DNA of 64,000 bases from Fimicolochytrium jonesii. Lineage: Eukaryota. The notes under the pieces are model-generated. The model saw only the letters and a program-made list of their open reading frames with translations, ran no database searches and was not told the origin of the DNA. Location: NCBI RefSeq assembly GCF_025526975.1, contig NW_026515701.1:124001-188000 (forward strand). The letters are read 5' to 3'. Position numbers and translations under genes: made by a program. Shown here one piece after another: positions 37,118 to 48,527 of this stretch. The stretch's first letter is position 1; each line of letters starts with the position of its first letter.

Positions 37118-37906
37118 TCAATCCAGCTGAATCAAGTCGTCTTTCGTGAACGGTTGCACATCCTGCACGCAAATGTCGTACATCTCTTTAACCACCTGAA
37201 AGGCCTTCCCGACGTCCCCAACCTCCCTGTTATACATGACCGCCAACGCCGCTCTCCTTCTCACACAACTTTCAAATGCCCCTTTGCGGAACGGTATCGC
37301 CAAATACCGCTTCCTCGCCCATTCCCTGTCCCATTCACAGTCTCCACTCAAGCTCGCCGCTCTTATCTCCGCACATGCGTGCTGTTTGGGATCCTCAAAA
37401 TCGATGTTGCGCGTGCAGTAGTCATAGGCGTGGATCAGTTCATGTGCCAGAGCGTCGTTGAAGCGACGTGGCGGAATGCGACGGTCGGCGCAGAGCGCGA
37501 TACCTATGGCGGGGCCAAAACCTCCAGCGACTTGCGGGGTGCAGCGGACGCAGCGAATATGTCGTGACGGAGTAAGAGGACAGGAATTCTTAGTTAAAGC
37601 GTTGAAGAGCTTTTGAATGCGGGGTTGGGTAAGGGCATGGGCGAGAAGGCGGTTGCAATGGGCGAGGTCTTCGGCGTCTGCTTCGGTGAGGTCGTATATT
37701 TGAGAGTCGAGAGTGGGATGATTGCTGCTTCCGGGATTGGGCTCGCTGACGCTGAACGCTGCAAAGTCTGAAGGTGAGGGTCCAAGCAAAGACCGAAAGA
37801 GACGAGTGGTTCGCCGGTGTACTTTCGACGACGGTTCTGACTGGGACGCCTCCATGTCGAGAGGCAGCCGGTGTGCGCTATCCGTCCCGGCTGTCGATGT
37901 GTCCAT
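37118..37906 (-). CDS. ATP23: Mitochondrial inner-membrane protease ATP23 (peptidase M76); start uncertain (alternative ATG at 38014)
   Basis: VAGGF, HELIHAYD zinc motif, HACAEIRAASLSGDC, CVRRRA, CVQDVQPF. Confidence 0.9.
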   Translation of the reverse strand: MDTSTAGTDSAHRLPLDMEASQSEPSSKVHRRTTRLFRSLLGPSPSDFAAFSVSEPNPGSSNHPTLDSQIYDLTEADAEDLAHCNRLLAHALTQPRIQKLFNALTKNSCPLTPSRHIRCVRCTPQVAGGFGPAIGIALCADRRIPPRRFNDALAHELIHAYDYCTRNIDFEDPKQHACAEIRAASLSGDCEWDREWARKRYLAIPFRKGAFESCVRRRAALAVMYNREVGDVGKAFQVVKEMYDICVQDVQPFTKDDLIQLD

Positions 37907-38104
37907 TCCAGCTAGATCCGGTGGTCGAATCGGAGCAATGGGAAAAGGAGAAGGCCCAGTGGGACTAGGAGAAGCTGAGGTCACGACTGGGCTGACCACG
38001 TCCACTGCAAACATCCAACGCCTCCGTTCAGCCCCAATTACAATTTCCACCGTCCAGACCCATCGCCTTAGACAAAGGCTGCGACTACGCGCACTTCGGC
38101 AGAC

Positions 38105-40758
38105 ATGAGTGCGGACGTTCTGCATAGCATCTTCGCAAACGCTGCGGCTCACTATGCCAAAGCTGAATTTAAGGTTGCTAACACTTTGGCTTCCTGTGTC
38201 CTCTCAACTGCTCTTTGCTCATCTTTGGCATGAACCCAACGGCACCTTCAACTTTGATAGGAGGCATACAATACATATGTTCGAGCAGCGAACGCGGCAC
38301 TAGTCGCTTTGGCGAATGGCATCATTTGGGAGGGCCATGGTACAGTGGGTCTATTGCGCGTTTGGCAGCTTTTGGCGACCGATGATCTCAGTAGGTCTAT
38401 TCCCCACGCAGACATAATAGAAAAGCCCGCTGGCGTAGGAGATCTGCTGCAGATAGCTCATCAGAGCTTGGCGAGAGCAGAGGAACTCATCAGAGCTCGC
38501 AGTATTCTCAGCGGCGAGAGCCAACCATCGAGTTCAAACATGATGATAACGGCAACCCCGGACGCCAGGCTAGCCTCGCAAACGAACGCACCGTTCCCAG
38601 AACCTGTCCCATCGATCCCCATCTCGCCTGTCACCCAGCAGCAAGTCAAGCATGCTTTCCAGCTTCAATTAGCGGAAAGGCGCTACGCCGAGTCGACTAG
38701 ACAGGAGCATGCCGATTTGGGCTCACTGCGGCGCCTACTAGAAGATGTGCGAATTCAAAAGGGCAAAGTCGAGGATCTGCAGGCTCTGTGTCAAAAAGTG
38801 GCGACGGTGCCACTGCAGCATTGGCCGGCAGAGGAGGTGGCGAAAGAGATAGCGACGATCAATGCAGAGCTGTTTGCGAAGGTCGATGTGAGGAACGAGG
38901 TGGCAAGGGAAGCGTCCCTGCTGGGCCCTAACGCAACGTTGTGTGTCGATTTCAACACATACCTCGAACGCATCATGATACACGCTATTGTTGGCGCTAA
39001 AGCGGCCCCTTCGCCGGAGATTGCGACAGATGCTAGAGCGGTAGCGATTGCGCAGGTCATTTCAATCGCGCATAGCTTGTTTTATCGATATCGCGATGTC
39101 AACGGTTTTATCGCGGCACTGAATGCACTGGGCTCACCAGAGGTGCGGCGATTGCAGAAAGCGTGGGACCACGTTCCACCAAAAGCAACAGAGGCCTTGA
39201 AGGAACTTCAAGATGCTGTTGGGACTGGCTCAGGTCGCGATCATCTCGAGCTGATTGCGCAGATTCTGGAATATCACTACCTTGGGGGAGGGATCTTGGT
39301 CGCTGTACCATACTTGCCGCCGTTCATTAGGGACGTCGAAGACCTCCACAGCGCCTACTCGGCCGGCGTTCAGGGAGACAGGGGTTCAGCCATGCTATCT
39401 GAGATTGGGGCTCGCGCCCTAGAAGACGTTTTATCCACACTCACATTGTGCCAAGGAGTTGGAAAGCCTGATCCGAGTCTCGGAAAAGCCAGCAGGGCAG
39501 CGGCTGGGGCTCGCAGCTCTGGACGGACGGCTCACTCCTCTACTACTGTGCCGGGTGATTTGACGCAATTGGGCCCCCGGCAGTTCCCTGTGAGCCACTG
39601 GCTTCTCACGCGCGTGTTTTGGAGTAGGGAGGAGCTGTGGTATCAAAGCGGAGAGAGTGAGAAACTGTTGGCCGGGGAATCGTTTCCCCCGCAGTATCAA
39701 AAGATGCTGGAGGAGCACGCCGCCGCGGCTGCGAGGGCCGCCAGGTGTGAGCGGACCTTGATGGAGAACCGTGCAGCACAAGTGCAGAATCGAGAAACCC
39801 CGCCACCAGCGGCGACCACTCCACTTGCAGCCGACCCCGTCCTAGCTCAACTAGTGTCTCCGTCGCTCCCTGTCGCATTCGAGGCCGTCGCGGCGCCGGA
39901 TACACTCGCAGCTCCTTCGATATCCGGACCTACAATGGATGACGGAATCGAGGATGACGAAGATCTGCTGGCCATTCTCGAAGCCCTGCCCGTCATACCG
40001 GGCAGTTTGGATGATGATCTCTCGGCATCTGTTTCGGACGAGAAGAGTGCTAGTCTCCGTGAGTGATTTGTCTGCCTCCTTCAAATGCATACATGGGGAC
40101 TGAATCACCTTTCCCACCAGAACCTTCAGACCAAGATCAATCCGACATTGCATCCAACCTCCCAAGCGACTCAGCCCACCCTCACGAACAAGCTGCATCC
40201 TCGGCAACCCCACCGCAGCAGCCCACCACCACCGACACGGATGCACCCCCGGAACGGGGCTACGACTATATGGATCGCTACCTGGGCTCTCTAACAGAGC
40301 CGTTCCCAGGCAGCAACATGGAGGAACCGGCGCCGCCTGGGCCACCGGAAGCACATCAGGAAAGCGGAGAGCAGCAGAATGTGAACCAGAATGTGGAACC
40401 CGTTGCACTACTTGAAACCGCCGAGCCAAGTCACGAGGTGGGCCCGGATGATGGCGGCGGCGGTGAGGTGAGCGAGGCCACCGTTGCGTCGATTGCTGCC
40501 GAGGTGGGGAGTGATGTGCGAGAATCGCTCTCCGGCGGTACGGAAGCGGGAAGTATATCAGACGCGTTGGGCCTCAGGGCCACAGCGGGAGACGATATAC
40601 CGTCAGTGAGCGATGGCGAAGAGTCGGGCAAAGCTGGAAAGCTACTGACTGAAAGCGAAGTCTCGGGTGCTGGAGCAGAGGCCGAAGGGGGGGCATCGCA
40701 AGAGACAGGAGACCCGGAGTTGGATGAGCTTCAACGGCGTTTCCTTTCCCTACGATGA
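38105..40758 (+). CDS. MIT-like N-terminus + RasGEF (CDC25-like) domain + acidic tail ending in a MIM1-like motif; 4 exons
   Basis: Spliced N-terminus MSADVLHSIF...EAYNTYVRA...QSLARAEELI; CDC25-like PAEEVAKEIATINAELF, NGFIAALNALGSPEVRRLQKAW, AVPYLPPFIRD; phase-compatible intron ending at 40120. Confidence 0.7.
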
Positions 40759-40929
40759 TGATGGCTATATTTACTTTCTGTAGCAGATGTTAGCTTTTTG
40801 TAAATTGTACAGAGATGCCCCTCGGCGCAACAAGAAGAATCTGCTCTTTCCATAAAACCTCAATTGTTCTCATTCTAGTTACATGCGCTTACAATATCCA
40901 CAAAGAGTCTGGCAACTATGATAGTTAAC

Positions 40930-43796
40930 CTACAGCTCATCATGACCATCGTCCACCTCCTCAATCTTCTCTCCTTCCTCACTCGTCTCAATGTCGTCTT
41001 CCTTCCCGGCGTCTTTCTCCTTCGCATCCTCAACGGCGGGCGCGGGGGCAACCTCAACATTAGCAACCTTGTCCAGATCTACGCCCAACTTCTGCCTCAC
41101 TACATTCTCAACCTTCTTGGCGAATTCTGTCGCGTTACGGACGGCGAAACCCGAGGCGATAGCGGTGGACTCGAACAGAACGTAGATGGAGTCGTCCAAG
41201 TCCGCGGACTTGCCTGCTTTCACTTTCGCAAGCATTTGGATGATCAGGGGGTGGTCCTGTGAACGCAAGGGATTCATCAGTCCGCCGCCCAGTGCAAGCC
41301 ATCAAGCACAGGGAAGTTAATGATAAGAGCTAACTACATACCGGGTTGATCTCAAACACCTTCTTCATGTTCAAATACATAGCAGTCCGGAAATCCTCCT
41401 TGTTGCCCAGCGCCTGGGCCTGCAAGATCCTTTCCATGGTCCCAGAGACGCCATACTCGCTCGACAGAACCGCACATGGGGACGTCGTAAGCTGATGGGA
41501 GATCTTGACCGTGTCCACCCATTTGCTGAGACGCTCCTTGAGGTAATCTTTTAGGGGCTGGAACTCCTCTTCCTGCTCCTTGATCTTGTCGGCGGACTTT
41601 TCGTCCTCGTCGCCATACTTGAGTCCCGCCTTTCCGACATGCTGGAGCTTCTTGTACTTGTAATCTACCAAGGCGTTGGAGAGATACTCATCGATAGGGT
41701 CCAGGAAGTACTATGAGCCATTCGAAATCAGTTTGCGTCCATTTTGCTCCGATTGCCAGGAGACCCAGAGAGGAAACTCACCAGAACCTCGTATCCACGA
41801 GCGATAAGCCTCTCAACAAAAGGAGAGCCCATGAACTCCTCAAGGTTTTGGCCCGTGATGAAGTAAATCTGGGGTTGGCCCTTCCTCATGCGAGAATAGT
41901 AGTCTTCGAGACTCGTGTAGTTCCCATCGTGAGAGGAGCGGAACCTCAGGAGGGGAACAAGCTTCTTCTTGACGGAAGCGTCTTCGATGATGCCAAGCTT
42001 GATCGCATTCCCGTAGTTAGTGAAGAACTCCAGATACTTTTCAGTATCCTTGGATGCCAGGCTCTTCATCATGTCGATGGCTTTGGCGATCACCTTCTTC
42101 TTGATGACTTTCAGGATAGCATGTTGTTGCAGGGTTTCGCGGGAAACGTTCAATGGGATTTCATCCGAGTCGACGAGACCTTTCAAAAAGCTGAGCCATC
42201 TTGGAAGGAAACCGGGAAGCTCATCGGTGATGAAAACACGACGGACGAAGAGCTTCAGGTTGTGTGTCCAGTCGTCACCGCTCTGCAGGAACGCAGGGGA
42301 TGGTCGCTTGGGGATGAAGATGATAGATTGGAACTCGACCTCGCCTTCCGCTCGGAAATGGTTGTGTGCCAAAGGCGCCTCAGTGTCCTTTGCAAAAGCT
42401 TTGTAGAAGTCGTTGTATTCTTCTTCTTGAATGGTGCTGGGCCGACGGGTCCAGATAGGCTTCTGGTTGTTGATAAGCTCCCATTCAGCAATGTGTTTCG
42501 ACACTTCCTTGAATTTGGGCTTGGAGTCGTCTTTCTTCTCGGTAACATCTTCGACAGTGTCGTCCATGTCATCCGCCGCTTCCTCCTCTTCAATGGGGAC
42601 TTGTTCGGTCTCCGTACGTTCCGACCACAGGTATATGGGGAAGTTGATGAATTCGCTGTAGTGTTTGACCAATTCGCGAAGCTTCTTCTCAGAGATATAT
42701 TCCAAGGCTTCGTCCTTCAGATGCAGGACAATCTGGGTTCCACGTCCCAAGGTGTTCCCACGAGGGTCTTCAATAATACGGAAATCTAGTGGAAGATTGA
42801 TTAGTTCATTGACATCCATCCATTCCAGTTTGAAATTCAGGCAACTAACCCGACTCCGAGGTCGATTCCCAGATGTACTGCTTGTCCGCATTGTTCTTGG
42901 AGATAACCGTAACGCGGTCGGCAACCACTATAATCCGAAGGACCTCAGTTGGTGACGATGAAGCCGAATACAAACAACGCACGTGGATACCCACAGAAGG
43001 CAGAGTAGAAACCAACACCGAACTGGCCAATCAAGTTGCTGCCATTCTTCTGATGTTCCATGGTGGAAATGAAGTCGGCCGTACCGGACTATTGGTTCGA
43101 TAAGGTGTTCAGCGGTCGTGTTACGATTTGAGTGCTCGAGTAACATAGGTCGTACCTTGGCAATAGTTCCTAGGTTGGTCTTCAAATCAGCTTTCGTCAT
43201 CCCGACACCAGTGTCAGTCAATGTCAAAGTTTTGCCTTCCTTGTCAGCGACGATTGTAATCTTAAGATCCGTGTTCTCCCCCAAGGCGGTCTTGTCCTGC
43301 AAGCTTTTGAACCGGATCTTGTCAAGAGCGTCGGACGCGTTCTATTCATGCACCATGAATGATCATGGGTTAATATCGGAGCCAATATGTACACCGCATG
43401 CAAACGAAGCTAGCTTACCGAGATCAACTCCCTCAAAAAGATTTCTGCACATTGCAATCAGAATGGACAACGGAGCGTAAGACGACTTGAAACCCTCGAC
43501 GACTGACAGCCGTAAGAACAGATCCACATACCCTTAGTCTTGTACAAGCTGTTGATGATAAGCTTCATCATGCGGTTGACCTCCGCCTCAAACTGGTACT
43601 TCTCGCCCCCTTTGTCAAGTTTGGCTTGGTCTTCAGGGGTGAGGTACGAGCCAGGAGGGGCTTTCGGTAGCACTTCCTGCCCAAGTGGAATGCCGCCCAC
43701 ATCGACTTCGGGTCCGGCGGCTGCTAGCGTGGCAAAAGTCGCTAACAGAACGCCGACGGAGATCCCGACGAGCAGCAGAAAGCGATCTAACTTCAT
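40930..43796 (-). CDS. HSP90B1: Endoplasmin / GRP94 (ER Hsp90); multi-exon including a micro-exon of about 26 nt
   Basis: Signal peptide, [49 protein letters not shown]-terminal HDEL. Confidence 0.96.
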
Positions 43797-44098
43797 GGTT
43801 GACGGTGGATAGGCAGGCCTGGAAAATGACCTCGGTGAGCTCATAGATCACCGATGTGCGCGAAGTGGCTGGGACGTCGTTATTACGTGTGAAAGAGTGC
43901 GTAAAGTAGAGAGACCTCGGACCCTTCGGCTTTCCAAAACGGCTGGCACGGGCGCTAGACAGCGATGCTACGGCCTTAAGTAGTTGGACGTGAAAGGTGA
44001 TGAGAGCGCTCCAATGGAAAGGCACAGAAACTCAAGTCAATCAAAAGCTCTCACAGTGCTTCCCCTGTCCTTCGCGGACGCGTCTTGTTATTGACAGG

Positions 44099-45816
44099 AT
44101 GCGCCGGCGTCGTCCCCCTTCCCCGCCACTGTCATTTCTCGAGAGCTCTCCGCAGATCCCCAAAAACGCTCTAAAAAAGCTTTCGAAAGTTCAATTTGAT
44201 GCCGGAGAACCCGTGGACTCCATGACTTCGCCTCCATTGTCACTCCTAGCAAGCATTCTTGATGGTCCAAATGCCACCGAACTCCGACGGCTCTTGAGCG
44301 AGGTGCTCATCACCGATATCGAAGATCTAGAGGCCGAAAGCGCAACTTTGTATGAGATTTCGCGGGAATACAGAACAGAGAATGAGCAAGTAAGTACATG
44401 AGGATAAGGATGTCTCGATTGTTGAACTGACGAAGGATTTTTGAAAGTATCTTTCTGAAAGGTTGCGCGCACCCGTGCTACGGTCTTCCGACTTCCATCA
44501 ATCGGCGTTGATAGACGAACTTTTGGCCATACTGAAAGAATTAAGGATTGTAAGGCTGAGAATAATATGTAGCGATAGCAACATTAAGATGCTAACCACA
44601 TGATCTGCAGAATTCCATACGAGATGTGGACGACATGCGCCATTTATTTGAGCACCCTGATGACCTGGTCAGAGGTACGAGAGCTCTGCTTCTCGCATTG
44701 CTTTTGTTAGTTCGTACTCCCAATAACCCATTCCATACACCCAACAGTGAAACAAATCCTTTGCAATCAACCGGCCATTCTCAACATCGCCCGCCGGCGT
44801 AGTTCTCCTCGTCAATCAGCAGCCCTGTCAAAGGACCTCCGTTCGCTACACCTCCTTTCCTCGTCAGCGTTGCAGTCAGAGGACGGTCGTGGGCTCCTCA
44901 GGTGAGCCGTGACTTTGATCAATCCTACCCTGAATATATGAAGCGAGCTTTCAAAGCTGGTAGGAAAATGCAGAAAGCTCTCCTGGAGGAGAAGGGGGCT
45001 TTGCAAGAATACGTGGAGGCCTTGAGAGAGAATTTGGATGCACAGCGGGACGTCAGGGTTGAGTATGTTTGTGGCATAAGTGTGGCATCGGGTAGCAGAG
45101 TAATGTGTTGACCTGAACAATCTCACTCAGAGCGGAAAGGATGCATGCAACAGCGCCAGTTTCTGTCGGTGATTTGCAGGGAATCCTTGGACGAATAAAG
45201 GTATGATCGGATTTGGAAGACAACATATTCCGCCACGTATACTCATGGACCATCAGATTGAGTTAAAAGAGCAATCACAGCGTGCCGCGGCAGATGCCAT
45301 AGGTCGCAATGCAGCTAAGGGAACAAAGCGTAATATTCTGGAACTCAAACTTTTATCCTCCGACCGGGTCTGACATCCATCCCTTCTTACACAGCTTTAC
45401 GAGTAAATGGCGCACCACTGGCGGCAATCGAAAGACGTAGAAACGGAACTAAGTCCGCGGACGAGCTACAAAGCATGTTTGCGGAATTCAATCTTCTCGA
45501 CGCCTCCTCACCCTCCATCGTCCGGCCGTCCACCACCACATTCTCGAGCCCCGTCCCGCCTCCCATCATCAAATCCTCGCGCCCCCGTTCCCAATCCCGC
45601 CTCGTGAGATTACCGCTTCCGGCTCAGCGAGATACTATCCCTTCCCCGCGGCCTCCTTCGGTGCCTGGTCACACCGACGGTCCAGCGCGACCGCGCAATG
45701 TTCGCCTGCGGCGGGTAATGCGGCGCGATGAGCAGGCAAATGATGATCCGGGAAGTCTGGGACAGGACCCCGGCCATCTTCTCGCAAGAGACGCTCTGCC
45801 CCTTTTGCTGCTCTAA
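44099..45816 (+). CDS. CCDC24-like coiled-coil protein; multi-exon, structure uncertain
   Basis: ELRRLLSEVLITDIEDLEAESATLYEI and LLEEKGALQEYVEALRENL resemble my recollection of CCDC24 blocks; several GT-AG introns. Confidence 0.5.
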
Positions 45817-46239
45817 AAGGGTCGGGCAGTAGACAAAGGCATGCAAGGGTGTTCATGGCATTTTGTGAACGCCGCAGATTGTACCCAGTTGTATATACAT
45901 TGTCCATTCATATCATCGAGAATCCATCTCGCTTTCATCTGAAAGGAGGCATAGTTGAGGATCCATCATTCCTAGCGTCTAGGGCAGTCTCCGCGAAATA
46001 GCGATGGAGCGTCGGGATGTGGGCAGATTCAGCCAGAACGCGTGGGTATGAAAACGCGTCGTGAGGAGTTCCAACCTGCGTTTTCGTTCCGCCTTTGCAG
46101 GAATCTATATAGTCTTCGACCCTTGAGGAGTTCCCTAGTGTATATATATAGGTATATATTTAGCTACCGGCTGGTGACAGACCCATCCCAGCTGCGTTCC
46201 GTTTCGGCTTCACCATATTTGCTGCCTGAGTCTTTCACG

Positions 46240-48346
46240 ATGCAAATTCCCCCACCTTTCGTGTGCTATCAGGTTTGTTCAGTTGTCCTCGCAAATGTTG
46301 GCCACACTCTGTAACTGCTGAAAACCTGCTCCTACGCTGTAGTGTCACTGCCAGCATCTCAATTCTTCGTCGAAGCTTGCTGAAGGAGCCCAGGAATACG
46401 ACCCATCAGGGGTGGCAACATCGGATCCTCCTCACTCGGCAGAGTATCTCGAGTTATTTCCCATAAGCCGTCTCTACTTTTGCGACCAATGCCATCACTC
46501 CATGTGCCCAAAGTGCATTGTGGAGGAGATCGTCAGCTACTACTGTCCAAACTGTCTGTTCGAAGTGCCGACGGCGTCGGTAAAGGGGGAGAAGAACCGG
46601 TGGGTTTCGCGTCAAGTGATAAGGTCTCGAAGGCTGGAGTCGAAGCCGCGATAATTGATTATGTCTTCTCTCGAAAGATGTGGGCGAAACTGCTTTGAAT
46701 GTCCAGTATGCCAGAACACTTTGAGTGTGGTGTCCACCGTTGAGCAGCCGGCTATGGCAACAAGCCAGAGTACGGCATCCGCTGGAAGTGCCCCAACTCC
46801 GAGCGGGAATACCCATTATCTCACATGTGGAGCATGCCGATGGGACTCACTGGAGATTGGATTGCAGTTCGAGCGGCCAACGGGCCTCGCAAGTGAGTAA
46901 GGTTAATTTGCCGCTCGGAAAGCACGCTCTATTCTTATCAGGATGCGGTACCATGACTCCCAGCACAGCTACTACCGATGGAAGAGGCTCGACAAGATGT
47001 CAAAGAGTTTTCGAATCTTCGTCAATATTTTGAAAAGATGATGAAGGAGAACGAAGCCAACTCGGCGTCCAATCTGAGTCTCATACGAGGCTTGTCAACA
47101 ACTGGGCTGACCTTATCGCCCTCGTTGCTGGCTGCCATCCCTGGGTTGTCTGCTCTCGCGAACCTGTCGCGCAAATCGAGCTCAAAGATGGTCATTCCGA
47201 GGCAGCAGAACGAGCAGAAGTTTGTGTCGGTCGCAAAAGCTCGTGAAGAAATAGAGAAGGAGAGAGTAGATATCATCCGAAATGGGTCAGCTAATGGTAA
47301 GGCAGGCGTTATGGACCATGTCACAGTGCAGTTCCTTCATTTGATGCAATGATCAACTGTTCCCAAGTCACATCACTACGGCAAAGACTTGACCAGTCAA
47401 ATGACGCTGCGTTGACGAGAGAGTGAGTGTTTTGATTGAGAATGTGCCTTCAGAGAGGCAAGGGGAATGACTGTGTTCAGCTCGTACTATCCGCAGCGCA
47501 TTCAGCTTCGCACGAAACGTTCCAAACGCTGTCGTGGATGTGAGCAGCTAGTAGTCAAAGCAGATCATAAAGCACAGAGCACGCGGTTTCAGTTTAAGCT
47601 CATGGGAATGTGAGTGCGTGCGTCTTTTCTTTCAATCCTGCGCTTCAGTAGATGACTCGCTCATTCTGCTGCACCAGTAACTTCTTCCCCAACATAAAGA
47701 TATCGCAGCCCTTTCCCGACTCCTTTGCTTGGGGCACACCAGCACGTATCATTCTCAAGTTCACTAATCCTCTAGATGTCGGAATGTCGATCGCCCTGGC
47801 CACGAGTAGCAGCTCACTACGCAGTCTGAGACTTAACGACTTGCCAGACGTGGATGATAGCCGGTCACATCAAAACTGCGAAGTCACACTCCTAGCTCCG
47901 ACCTTCCAGATTGACCCGGTGCAGGAGATATGGGATGTGGGAGAGGAGACGTCTGGGCTTGTTGCTGGACAGGGTCAAATTGGAATTCATTCCAGAAAGA
48001 AGAATACCGCTAGCGTAATCGTCCAAGTCACGCCGAAAAAGCCTTTGAATATGGTGGATGGGGAGACACAGACATTGCAGGTACTGTCATGAAGGCTCTT
48101 GATGCTGGCTTATGCGCGTGAAGTAGCTTATGAGCAGCTCTTGTTCAGTTCGCTTTATTGGTGCATGTCAAGCCTCAGACGCCCGAGCCTGTCGCAGATG
48201 CGGCAACGGTACCGACAGAAGGCGTGAAGCCTAAGGTTACTCTACGGGAGCCAATTGCTTTCTGGGTGATGGTTGGGCTTGGCACCCTGGGTCCTTCCGA
48301 GACGGGCGCTACTTTCACGCCGTACCTGGTCCCAGATTTAAGTTAA
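46240..48346 (+). CDS. DCTN4: Dynactin p62 subunit; multi-exon
   Basis: LYFCDQCH...YYCPNCLFEVP...RCGRNCFECPVC, YLTCGACRWDS, LRTKRSKRCRGC, LKFTNPL. Confidence 0.93.
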
Positions 48347-48527
48347 ACTCTGTATGAGACTATTGCATTGGGCATGCACACGATACCGGTCTGCCACACA
48401 CTCCCATTATAGTCATAGGCGTATCTGACATACATCAATGGTTCGGCAGACTATATAGCCCGGTAGTGATAGGCCGTGCTCTGAAGGAAATGACATCCCC
48501 TACCGGTCCACTCCCCAAATGGGTATA

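Noticed and set aside
41713..42789. Long antisense ORFs (also 27366-28232, 33993-34790, 49899-50681)
   Set aside because: Shadows of codon-biased genes on the opposite strand
43860..44030. UPRE/ERSE upstream of GRP94
   Set aside because: Only ACGT cores and a lone CCAAT; no full consensus
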